NCBI GenBank assembly: GCA_043228905.1
Contig: JBHGNT010000017.1
Location: forward strand, 18,786,001-18,850,000
Length of the DNA stretch: 64,000 nucleotides
Source of the DNA: Azolla caroliniana
Lineage: Eukaryota > Plantae > Polypodiophyta
Direction: 5' to 3'
Shown: one piece after another, positions 25,692-37,849 of the stretch
Layout: the number at the start of each line of letters is the position of its first letter
How positions within the stretch are numbered: position 1 is the first letter of the stretch
The notes under the pieces: generated by a model
What the model was told of the DNA's origin: nothing
Seen by the model: only the letters and a program-made list of their open reading frames with translations
Database searches by the model: none
Program-made: the position numbers and the translations under genes

Positions 25692-27246
25692 TTTGTGTGC
25701 CAAACCACTTGGGGAAGTGTGAAATACTAGATGGCTGAACTGCTGTCCGCTACTTATTTGGTACAACACAGTATTTTGATGAGGTTTTGTCAGTGGGATG
25801 AATATATAATGGGCGATTGAAGAGATTTTTGATCCTGATCAAGTCTTATGGTTGTTGCTGCAATTCATTTCTTTAATTTTTGTAGTAAACTGGTTTTTCT
25901 TCTTTTTCAATCATCTGAAAAAACATGACTAATTGACATTCATGAACTTTTGAGATTTGTAATCCTTTCCTTTGCTGCAATGTAATGACTTTGTATGCAA
26001 CATGTGCCATCATGTCATGCTGCTTCTGCCTTTCTCATTCCTTTCGAAGTAAGAAATCTCTAATGTTCGGTAATTAGTCTTGAATGAGTAAATAAATGCT
26101 TGTGTAACTGGGGTTTTAGTCAGGTAATCTACTTTGCAACTACTCTAATTAAATCAGTCTTCTGCTTTCGATATAAAAAATCATGGTTTGTGAATATGTG
26201 CAAGTTTATTGATTGGGCCTGCAATGGCAACTATTGTGCGGAAGTATGTATTGAAGTTTTATCAATAGTGCATTGTGTGCATATAGTAGATTATGTACAT
26301 ATTTAAATAAAATGCTGAATGTTGTGTATGTTATACCGCGTGGTGTATTGTAAATGTGGTTTTGTCCTATGATGAGAAGGAACAGATATTATATTCCTTC
26401 CTTGAAATGAGGGTCTTATAGTTCATCATTAGGGCCCAAGAGGAGGTTGATGAGTTAAAATTAACGTTGACAGCAACATTCGTCTTTCAAAACACGTCTT
26501 GCTAGAGTGTGATTGTAAGCTAAATTGATGATGAGGTAGATGAGTTTAAACGTAATTTCTTAGAACTGTCTTAGTGAGTGTTGTGTGTGCTTCAAAGCAA
26601 TCTCAACTCTAAATTATGTGTGTAAAAGATATATGGTATAGAGTGTGTACATGGATTCAATAGTTTGTACATATATGGTGTAGAGTTTGTGCAAGAATTT
26701 ACGAATGGCAAAATTGGATGATGGATGGGCCATGGCATAAAAGAAAGAGCACTAGCGGACAATGTAGGTTGATATCGTGACAATAGAGTTGATGATCATT
26801 CTACTCTACATTGCTTCTATATATACAACATGTTCCCCCACCATTGTAGTGCTATGGCATGGCGTTAGCTACCACATTGGAATGAGTCATAGGGTGGTTG
26901 GTTTTCAGGAAAAAACTAGCTTGGGTGGTGATAATCAACTTCACAAAAGTAGTGTGTTTCTTTTTTGTGATCGCGAGCCACCAACCCTTCTTCTTTATGT
27001 TGCGAATTTCTTTCATTCTTTCGTTTGTTCCGTTGTAATGCGGAAGTTGTTCCACATCTCCTCCTAGGTACATACGCCCTAGTTAGTTCCTTACTAAGTG
27101 GCCGGCCTAATGGAGGGGATAAAGGGCCCAGCCTACCTAGGGGTTGGTTACTAGGCCTAGTGGAGTCAAGTGTGAACACGTTCCTTCTCTTTCTATCTTC
27201 TTTGCTTCTCATCTTCCGGCGATATATCAATGATTCATATCTATCT

Positions 27247-28305
27247 ATGGCTTCTCTCAGCCCTTTGTCGTTTGTAGCGTTTGAATGCAAGGAAAAGCCT
27301 GCGTTCTTCCTCAGTCCAGCCGCTGTAAGGCGATGGCAATGGCGATGGCGATGGCGTGCCTGCGCATCCCCTCAAGACTCGACAAATGGTGAGAAGTCCA
27401 CACTCTCACCATCACCATCACCATCACCATCATCATCATCGTCTTCTTCTTCTTCTTCACCATCGCCATCCCTTCCGAAGAAGCCCAGAACGACTGTGGA
27501 AAGCACGGATTGGATCGCCTCCTCTTTAACCAGAAGGTTCGGTCTCGGTGCCGGTCTGGCATGGGTGGCTTTCTTGGCGTTTGGGGTCATATCAGAGCAG
27601 ATCAAGACGAGGCGAGAGGTGTTCTTGGAAGAGCAAGGAACAAGGTGTGCCCCCCCCCCCCGCCCCCCCCCCCCCCCAAAAAAAAAAAGAACAAAAATTC
27701 ACTATTGTCTTTCTGTAGTCGGATGCAATCGGGTTAATCATTTCATTTCCGTTCATTGTTCCTCATAGATGGTGGAGTATTTTGCCTCTCTAGGAGGGAG
27801 GTTGCTGGATCCTTCTTTTTTTTTTATTCCCTGTAGCATGCATGGAACACTGAGCTAATTAGGGTTATGGATTTGCAGAGATGTTGTGCAGGAAGTGGTG
27901 ACCTTGCCAAACAAGCTTGAATATGTGGATTTGAGGGTGGGCGGAGGATCGAGCCCTCGTGCTGGAGACTTGGTAGTGGTGGACATGGTGGGCCGAGTTT
28001 TAGTAAGAAGCAATAATGAGGATGGTGGTGGTGGTGAATACGGCCCTCCGTTCATCGATACATTTGCCCAGAAGCGGCCGATTGCCCTCGTGTTTGGGCG
28101 CCGTCCGTTGGCACCGTCCATCTGCCCTGGTGTGGAAGAGGCCCTCCAAACTATGCGTGTCGGCGGTAAACGTAAAGTCACAGTACCTCCTGAACTTGGC
28201 TTTGGCACCTCCGGTAATATCCTAGGTGATGGCGTTTCGATCCCTCCTGATGCCACTTTGGAGTACACCGTGCAACTTCTACGAGTCTCCATTGCACCTT
28301 CTTAA
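27247..28305 (+). CDS. FKBP17-2: Chloroplast FKBP-type peptidyl-prolyl isomerase, FKBP17-2-like; exons 27247-27644 and 27879-28305
   Basis: Transit-peptide-like N-terminus; STDWIASSLTRRFGLGAGLAW...GVISEQIKTR; FKBP domain (DLRVGGG, MRVGGKRKVTVPPELGFG, IPPDATLEY); GT-AG intron. Confidence 0.88.
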
Positions 28306-29531
28306 GTGTTTTAAGAAACTTGATCTTGGGAATAGCTGGTGTATGTAGTAAGTCATCTTCTTGATGATGATGCTCACTTGCACGCTCTCCAGGCCCACCT
28401 TAGAGTGTGCTCTATCACTTGCATCTTCTTAAATGGAATCATGACATTCAAGATGTATAATATGCAAGTTTTAAGATTGCCTTGATTCTATTTCCTTTTT
28501 TGTAGTTAATTTAAACTTCGCTGGCAGTAATTGGTGTATACAAGTGGATTGTAATAATTCTTCATTTAATTTGGGCCACCAAATGGATTTGACAAACTAC
28601 TAAACGATTGTGTAAGTGCATATCAAATTACACAGAATTAGGGATATATGATTGTGACGTTTAAGGGCAATTATCAATGTGTTTTGAAATCACTAGCTTG
28701 GGAACTCAAGCCAAAATGAACTCTATATGAAGCATTCTAGCACAAGTCTTGAACATACTGTTCAGTGGTAAATGTCATATCCAATCTGAGTGTTCATGGA
28801 GACCATCTAAACTAATTACCTATAATGGGAGTGTAAATGTGAACATTTTCATATAGACATTAAATATGTGGAGATATTGGTGTCATTCACTTCAATAATA
28901 ATCTGCCCCCAATCAATCATGATTTCTCAATTAAATTGCAATAGAAGGTTGCGCAGATCAGATTTGAAATATCTAAATGTTCTGGTTAAGATAAAAAGGC
29001 CCAATGGAGACCCAAAGATGTGTTAAACCTTGAGGTGTAGAAGGGAATTCCAAATCAAGAGTTTAGAAAGTTGTAGGTCAATGAGAATGGTGCCCCTAGT
29101 GCAATATGCAAGGTGCCATTTGATCATTCTTTGCAAAATTCACTCTTAGTGGGGCACTAATCTCTTTTCATCCATTAAAACCTTTTAACCACACAGCATT
29201 TTGCTAGAGTTATGAATTCTTCGAAGAGCACTAGGAAAATGAGGGGGAAAGTGACAAGCAAAATCCTGCCATATCATACAATGAATGAACGATATTGAGG
29301 TCAAGATTATGGGCAGTCATAGCCCACCTTGACCTGACCGGACCGAACAGGACAGGACCAAAGTCACACTATGTATGTACTATTCATGAATACCCCTGCA
29401 GTAGTGACATGCAATTTGGGCGGGTGACTATCATGCCGGACTAGCAGATAACGCAACACCCACATACACAGAACAGAGCCTTCTTTTTGGCCATAGACTT
29501 TGAGGGTTTAGCAGACCTTTGGAGAGCATCC

Positions 29532-31420
29532 ATGGCGGTGGTGGTGGAGAATGAATGTGTTCTGATGCACGCCGGTGGATCCATATCTCTGGAGAAGAGG
29601 AGCCTGAGCACCCAGGATATGGAGGACGGATCGGTCCTCATCCGGACTCTGCTTGGCGAGGTCTGCGGCACAGATGTTCATCTCTTCCATGGACGCCTTG
29701 ACACCGTGCCTTATCCAATCATACCTGGCCATGTGGCTGTCGGCCGGGTTCATACCTTGCTTGGCTCCATTCGTGATGTTGATGGTTCTCTGGTAAATTC
29801 TCTCATCTTACGTCCTGAGCAGATCCTTGTTGGCAGATTTTCATGTTCATATGGGTGCATTCAGTAAAAAAAGAGTAGGAAGGTATGTATAAACGAAACA
29901 CATGCTAGTGAGGAGTCAGGGCTCCTTTTTTAGCTCATGTAAAATGTCAAAGAACCTCACTGACATGTTGGTTCTCACTCTAAACTGGATGAAGAAGAGC
30001 TTATTTGTAGATGGGATCATTTCGGTCATGCCCAATGCATGACACTAAATAACATTTTAGTGTTGTAGGGTTCTTTCACTTCAATCAATTACAGGAAGGT
30101 TTTCGTTATTCTTTTCTTGTTTTGTTTTTTTACAGGTCACTGAAGGAGATATTGTCACATTTTTGGATGTTATTGATACCTGCAATGCTTGTGTATTATG
30201 CTTGGTAATGAGGTACCTTTTAGATAATATCGTGCATTTTGTGTCCTCGTGTATAAGTTTCATTTCCTGTCACTAATAGGTTGACAAGCAATCAACAAGG
30301 TGTCCAAGAAGAAGAGTCTTAGGAATCACATGTACTGCAAATGTCTCAAGCATTACTGGCCTTCTTGGTGGCTGGTCATCCTACATATACCTTCCACCAA
30401 ATACAAAGATTATTAAGCTGCCACATAATCTATCACCACAAGTATTCATGTCAGGAGGTTGTGGGTCAGTGAAGTCTATAATTCACAGTTATTTATCAGG
30501 TTATTTTCAGAAAAGCTTTAGATGGTTGTGCATTTACATTTCGGTAATGACAGGCTACCCACTGCTTTCCATGCGATAGACAGAGCCAATATTAGGTTAA
30601 TGGATCGGGTTGTCATACAAGGTTCAGGTCCAGTTGGTTTATTGGCTGCATTGCTGGCTCAAGCCAGTGGAGCTCTTCAGGTGTTGCATTGATTATACAT
30701 TAATACAAATAATATTGTGTTGTGCAATGCACCTCAGGGTACAGCTCAAAAAAATCCATTCTGGCCATGCATCAACACTCTGAACTTTACTTATTTCAAG
30801 AGTCTTTTGAGTATTTATTCTATTCAAAATAGTGAGAATTCTTGTTAGAATGCCCCAGGTAATTGTCATTGGCGCTCCAGCACACCGATTGGAGACTGTG
30901 AAAAAGTTTGGCATTGCAGCTACTATTAACATCGAAGAGGTACAATTTCAATGTTGAATTGTCTACCGTAGCTTGAGAGATTATGGCAAATATGCTAATG
31001 TCATTATGTTTTCAGTACAGAGAAGCTTCAGCAAGAAAAGCCGTGGTTAAAGAATTGACAGGTGGCAGAATGGCTGATGTTGTGATCGAAGCAACAGGTA
31101 GGCCAGAGGCGGTGGTGGAGGGGCTTGAGCTTTGTAGGGATGGGGGCACCTATGTTGTGGTTGGGCAATACACTGACAATGGGAGTGTGGATATCAATCC
31201 ACATTTCCAAATCAATCGAAAACACATCACTGTAAAAGGTTCTTGGGGATCTGACTTCAGTCATTTTTATCGGGGTGTGCAATTCATGGCGAAAATGTCT
31301 CATCTTCCATGGGATCTTGTTGTAAGTAGAGCCTATGACTTGAAAGATGCACAAGAGGCTTTAGAATCTGTGGAAAAGCTGGAAGTTTTCAAAGCACTAA
31401 TAAGTCCACAAGCGCATTGA
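29532..31420 (+). CDS. Zinc-dependent medium-chain dehydrogenase (TM0436/5-exo-hydroxycamphor dehydrogenase-like), 6 exons, 375 aa
   Basis: Exons 29532-29792, 30136-30204, 30280-30464, 30554-30680, 30859-30939, 31016-31420, all GT-AG, total 1128 nt in frame; VCGTDVH, PGHVAVG, structural Zn CNACVLC...C, GCGLPTA, Rossmann GSGPVG, VVGQYTDNG. Confidence 0.92.
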
Positions 31421-33509
31421 AACAATATGCATGCCATCTATGCATCAATACTTGTAATTGTCATCATTTAGGTTTCATTCTTACTGGCTACACTATGGGT
31501 TGAGGTAATGATGCGCCCCTTTTGCAGATGTGCAAATGTTTTTATTACATTGAAAGGTTCGCAAACAAATTGATGAGTTTGGAATTCTATTAGAAGTCCA
31601 AGGAAATAGCTAGAACTTATCTTCAATAAATCAAAAAGCCTCCATCACATTATATGTACAAATATGCCAAGCCTTTTGAAAGGCCATTCTCATGGTTCTA
31701 GCAAGTTATATATCTCAATGGTTTTTTGAAGGTTGTTGAAGCAAGTTATGTGATAGAGATTAAGGAAGATGGGGGTATGCAACTATAGATGTTCTGATGT
31801 AACGACCATGAACACACCGAAAGATCGATCTTGAAACAACTTATTTGTTGCATTTGTCTTTCTAGCAAATCTTGATATGATGTCAAAATCAGCATATAAA
31901 TAACCATACTCGATGTTAGTAAAAGAAATGAGAGCATCAGTGCCTAAAAGAGATTAGCAATTTAATGAGTTTGCCAGATAAAGGTAAACAGTGTCCATGC
32001 ATGTCCAATGCTTTATTATAAATGGTGTTTATCATTCATGCATGTGGTACGTGATATATTCACTGGCATCAATTCAGAATAAAATGCATAGCTAGCTTCT
32101 CTGTCTATTGTGGCACCGAACAGAATGAAAAGTCATCTTTTTGACCTAAGATTGGTTTGGACTCACCAATGGACAACTGATGTGCCCTACTTTATTGGGT
32201 TGATTAGATGGGATGATTCACCTCTTTCTGTTGGCCAACATACACGGGAAAGAAAAATTCCATGTAACTTATGCTCTTTGTACATGAAAGTGTTTTTTAT
32301 TTCCATGAATAATTAATAAATCTGTATGCTATCTCCATGGGGCAACTTAGTAATGAGGATGTGATTAACAAATGAGTCTTACAAAGCAACATCCCACTGG
32401 TCTGTCATCACATGTCTCCTACATAGTAACTTCTTCCTCACACATGTAGATGCCTCCAGGCAGGCATAACTTCATCTTAAGATTTATAGCATATTTGTTT
32501 GAAGTAATCAAAATTACCACACTTTATCGGTTACAAATACACACAAAGATGTCACTACGGCATTGTAGTGATCCATAGTTCTCCAATGTAGCACTGCTAT
32601 TCTCAGAGACGACCAAAAGTTGAGAGATAGTGAGGCATGCATGCAGGTAGATGTTTCTTTTATAAACCTCTACATCTGTTACCCATTTATTACGTTTTTT
32701 TAGAGATTAGTAATTTCATCACTTCTGCCAGTTTGGTGATTAGTATATCCCCATCAGCTAGCCGGTGGGAGTGAGAATGTGGGACACGTCCAGTTTATAT
32801 TCTCCTAATTATCCTGATTTACGCTGTACATTTATTATGAAAAGATTTCCTTTTAAGTGGATGCGTGGATGTGACAATGATCTGGAGTAATATTCCATTC
32901 CCTAATACCCAGTGGGAACTAGAGCCAGCTGCAAATAACATGAGTATTTTGTATTATATTGAGCTTCTCCACGTGATGGCAATCCAACTGGGAACCTTGA
33001 TGCCAATAAGCACGACAATAATCATGATGGTCACCATGAAATATAGAGAGGTTGTATCTAGGTTGTTGACGTGTGTGACTGCATGCATACATACACATAC
33101 ATATACATGCATAGTGTGTCTGTGTGCAGCTGCATGTGTGTGACTACATACATATGCACATACACAAACACAGATAGTATATGTGTGTGCATGCCTGTGA
33201 GAATGCTTACATACATACGCACATATACACGCATACAAACTGCATGTCTATGAACTTAATTAAAAATTTGTCAAAAATATTGACTCTAGGTTAAACCCTT
33301 GTTTTTACTAAAACATATTGTACGAAGATAATCAAAATCTTCAGAACACTCAATGCTCTAGCTTGTAGCATACATAGTCTTTCAGAAATACTTTGGTCTT
33401 TGGATTGTGTGCTACTATGCCTAAATCCTGATTCCTATTGTGTGCTTGGATTGTCCAACTTGGCATTTGCAAACAAATTAGAGAGAAACCAACAAGTGAA
33501 CCAAACAGG

Positions 33510-36500
33510 TTAAGATAAGTGGACAGTGCCCGGTCCTGTCATAGCTGCAGTATGTTGAGCACGTTGAGACTCATCCTTGTAAAGAAGCTTCATCTCCTTC
33601 TTGGCAGCCCTTGCCATCCTTTTTCCATCCTTAGTAGCTGCCTATTAAACAAGATGCAAATCATGAAAAAGAATCTGAGTTCCAAAATCAAACAGGCATC
33701 ACCAGTAAGTCCTAATAACATTATCCAATACTACAAGGATATTAATAGCATGGTCAAAACTTGGATAATAAGTCAATTTTTCTGAATAAAGACATGGAAA
33801 AATACATTCAATTCTTGAGTTTCCTTATAGAGAATATGTTTGGTTCTTTTAGACTATTCTAATATGATTTTGTAACATCACCAATGCTCTCTTCCAAAGA
33901 ATGTTACATTTTTCATAGAAGAGGTAAGACAAATGCATTCAATATCATGCCCAGGAAAATATTAAAGCATAGTTGAGCTGACCAATGGCAAAACATCTTG
34001 CCATTTTCTAACAAGAGAATGTGAGACTGTTTCTTTTTGTTTCTGTTAAATTCAAATCACTCGAAAAAACATTTAGGGGTTCCAAGTTTCTTGAGCAAAG
34101 GATAAAAAACGGATGTATGAAGTATGTACACATATACATAATGTATGGACGGGTATATGTATACATGCAGTCATGCAGGTACATATGCATGCCAATGATT
34201 CTCTTATCCTGCTCCTCTCCCATTTAGTAATTTATTTTTCCATGGTCACACCTAGGAATTGGCAAACAGTGGCATCCACCATGGCTTGCTGGCTCAGCTT
34301 CAAGCCCTCATTTTTGGTTTGGCTGGGCTTGGGTTCAGCCTCAGCCTCAGCCTCAGCTCAAGGGCAGCTCAACTCGGCTCAAGCGCTTAACTTTGCCTCA
34401 TTCCTAATGCTATTTCCCACACCCTCACCCTTCACCCATTCCTAATCACCATTCTCCAATCTGCTCGAGCTGATAAGCCATGCTAGCGCAACTCAGGAGT
34501 TGCCTCTGCTTAAGCGGCATGGCGCTCAGCCTTGGTTTCGGCTTTGTTGGTTTAAGCTTTACTTTTCTCAATTGGCTTGGGGCGAAGCCATGCTGTTGCC
34601 GATTCTTTGTCACACCTTTCAGTTTGCAAACATACAGACTACCGTGGTGATCCAGTAACTAGAAAGCACATTCTTATTTGCACCTTTACACATGAGGTTG
34701 ATCCAATCTTCCTTCCATTCATTGCGAAAGGTGACTTGAGTAAGCAACATATTCTTTGTCACGCCTTAGAGCACAGTGGTTCAGTAACTAGAAGGAACGT
34801 TCCTATTTCCACCTTTACACGTGGGTTGATCCAATTCTCCTTCCATTCATTGTGAAAGGTGACTTGATTAAGCAACATATAAATGCATTCTTGGGCGAAA
34901 GACCCAGTTCATTTAATGAGATCCACTTTTATGTGAAACGTATTTGCTTCTATCCCACAACCCATTTGGCATATCAGAGCATATCTACAGAAAGTCTCAT
35001 CCTTTTCCTCTTAAATTATCTACATTGCTTTCACTTCATTACTTTATACAGGGGAGACGGAGATATGCACTCCCAAGATGATGCATATGGTCAGTCTCAA
35101 TGCAAATATTCCTGTCAACGGTTCTTTACTCAAATAAATTGCTGAAAATTTGGAAATAAATAACTTTTAAAAACAAACAATTCAGAAATAACTTTTCATG
35201 TTTGCACTTTTCTCAAGGGCCTTTCTCCTGTTTCATTTCGTGATAGACGATAAATAATAACTTCAATACTCGAATAGGAGCCAAGAATATTGCTCTTTGG
35301 TTTCTCAATTAAAAGGAAGCATTTCAGAAACAATAGAGAACAAGGATTTAAAAAATGTTTAGGACTCTCCCAAAGAGGAATGGACAATGGCGACATTATA
35401 GATAGTAGAATATGATCAGATTTGGATTTATGTAACAAGCATAATACATAAACAAGGGAACCTACAATGATTAATGATCCTAAATTAGCGTAAACTTTAG
35501 AAGTTACCTTTCGAGCTTTCTTTTCCTCCTTGGTCTCTCCCGTTCTCTGTCTACTTGCACATGGCTTCACCCCTTGGACTTCCAAAGATTTTCGATTGTT
35601 ATCACAAGATTTCCCCTTGTCAGGTTTTTGCCTTGGAAGATAGTCGATGGGTATCTGTTGCTTCCCACACAGACGAATAACAGATTTGTTGACTTCCACC
35701 CTACTAGCAATGCTCCTACTTGATCCTTTATCTGATGCATAAATCTTGCCTGGGTGATTATCCAGGTTAGAGAAAGTGGTTACTATAGTTTCACAGTCCC
35801 ATGCATCATCTTCTTCATCTGTATCTTCTGCAATAACCAACTCTTTTTCTTCTTCTGAGGATTCAAACTCCGAAAGAATGCAATCTGCTTTTTCTTTATC
35901 GACATCAACTTTCTCTTCATGCTTAAGACCTCCACCATTGGGCTTGTCCTTCAATGTACCTTCAATTTCTGCAGGGGTCTGATATTTATCGTGAGATACA
36001 GAAGTGTTTATCAAGAAGTCTGAGATCACATTGTCAAATCTGGATATAGGAGCATGCCCTCGAGTCTGGGGGTCATCATAGTCGAGCTCCCCAATGTCGT
36101 CATCATCATATTCTCGCATAGCTAGCTGCATTCATGCGTATTCAGAAAAGTTAGCAAAATGAATTTTTTAAGAGAAGAGAATGCATAGCCAGCCACAACA
36201 AAATTCTTATGCCAATAGACTGCTGATAAATTACATGGCCATTTCTCCCTATCATACATGCAATTTTAAAAGCCCATACCAGTTCAAATTGTTCATCGAG
36301 TAATCGTCCTGATCTTTCATTTTCATTGCCAATCTCAAGTTCTTCACTTGTATCTGAATACTCTGTCTCAGATTCCAAAGCACCTTCTAGCTTGTTTCTG
36401 TCGATTGTAAGTTGAGGCACAGGAGGTTTTTCTACACCATCATTCGCAATGACAACGAAGTCGTCCTCAAGCTCATCCCCAGAAACAAGCGAGTGATCGT

Positions 36501-37419
36501 CGTCATCTTCAAGCAAAGCTGCTACATCAGGGTCAACACCTTTCACTGAGGGCCCTCGTAGCTGGAAAGCATTGCCACTAACAAGCAAGGCATCACTTCT
36601 GGCTTCCTCGTTGGATGGATTCACATGAATTTTTGATGCATCATATGCCTGGTTAAAATATATCCAATGTTGGCATAATCAATCCCCAACAACTAAGGAG
36701 TTTACAAATTCTTCCAATGTGATAAATTAAAGATATCATTTTCACTCATGTTTCCCTAGAGTGTTCAACATTATGAGCTTTTATAGCCAAGGAGGAGCTT
36801 AGCTAGCTAGATATGGACTGGTTTGCTTACGAAAAACAGATAATGATAGGTCGTAATCCACAATGTGAAAACCAGTGTCGGAAAACATTCCAAATGTGAA
36901 AATCAGAGTAGTGCAATGTGTGGGAATTACGGTGTGAGATGGTAACATATGAAGAATGCTCAAGCAACTAGTGCAATAAATAAATACCTTGACATCGGGC
37001 CGCAGAAGGTCTAGACGGAGGTTGTTATTGGGAACGAAAGAGCCAGTGCGACCAGAAGGCCCAATCTCTCTGAGATGTTGTAAATAGTTGTAACCATCAT
37101 CAGGAAACCCTAGCTCTATAATCTCCTGCCGAGCAACAGTTGTAGCAGAGCTACTACTTTTAGAAGGGACACGCAAGGATCGATCTTTACCTCTTCCTTC
37201 TCCTCCTTCCTCTTCTTCTGCGTCTTCGAAGATGGAACCTTCACTCTCGTCATCGTCAAAGCCTGCCACGTGGCCATGGCCTCCACCCACTCTCATGAAG
37301 ATCCTGTCATGACCGTTTCCATCGCCATCGATATCTCCATAGGCCTGTTCAGAGGAATCCTTGAAGACGAGGCGGAAGGTTGCAGCCTTCTTCTTGTCGA
37401 TGAATTTCTTCTTCCCCAT
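33510..37419 (-). CDS. LTV1: LTV1 (low temperature viability 1), 40S biogenesis factor, 4 exons
   Basis: Exons 37419-36988, 36648-36280, 36125-35508, 33641-33510; MGKKKFIDKKKAATFRL, LGFPDDGYNYLQHLREI, WDCETIVTTFSNLDNHPGKI, ETKEEKKARK|AATK...KKEMKLLY. Confidence 0.93.
34253..34608. mobile_element. hAT-type MITE in the last intron of LTV1
   Basis: TIRs TAGGAATTGGCAA / TTGCCGATTCTTT; exact 8-bp TSD GTCACACC at 34245-34252 and 34609-34616; internal GGCTC/AGCC repeats; TIR resembles the element at 21890. Confidence 0.82.
34604..34880. repeat. Imperfect tandem duplication (2 x ~130-150 bp), each copy with a hairpin
   Basis: TCTTTGTCAC...CAGTAACTAGAA...CACCTTTACAC...GAAAGGTGACTTGA.TAAGCAACATAT occurs twice. 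Confidence 0.85.
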
Positions 37420-37849
37420 TGCGCCACGCGAGATAGCAGAGCAGAGCAGAGCAGGGCAGGGCAGGGCTCGCGAGGCTTATACACAGCTTAACTATATATA
37501 TCCGGATCTTCAAAACTGAGCTCAACCTTTTTCATATTTACCAATCTAGCCCGCCCCCCTGCCTTCAAAACCATTACTAAGTAGTCTCTCCAATTCATAC
37601 TTGCCCAAATTGCATGTCATGAATTTTGGGTTGTCCAATGATAATTATTTTGCTTTGTATCATCTACATGCTTTGCGTTCAATGTGTTTCTTGTCATCTC
37701 CATAATGACATTCCAATAAGAGATCCTCTCTGTCAAACAACGTTGCTATATGGCATAATTTTGACAACGTTGCTATATGGTATAATTAGATTAGCTCGCC
37801 ACACCCTCATAAAATTGGGGAGAAGATCTTGTCAATCCTTCATTTTGCA

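Noticed and set aside
26579-27178. Possible solo LTR upstream of FKBP17, and the ORF extension from 27025
   Set aside because: TG...AACA ends but no matching TSD or sister copy; the extension starts at a non-ATG codon.
27649-27690. Poly-C/poly-A run read as a PPPP-KKKK peptide or G-quadruplex
   Set aside because: Lies inside the FKBP intron; homopolymer of uncertain length with no evidence of function.
23058-28305. HD2 next to FKBP as a split nucleoplasmin-FKBP (FKBP53-like) gene
   Set aside because: HD2 ends with its own zinc finger and stop codon; the FKBP has its own start and transit peptide and is the plastid FKBP17 type.
32865-33253. Small ORFs between the dehydrogenase and LTV1
   Set aside because: Largely a decayed (CA/TG/TA) repeat; no splice structure or motif support.
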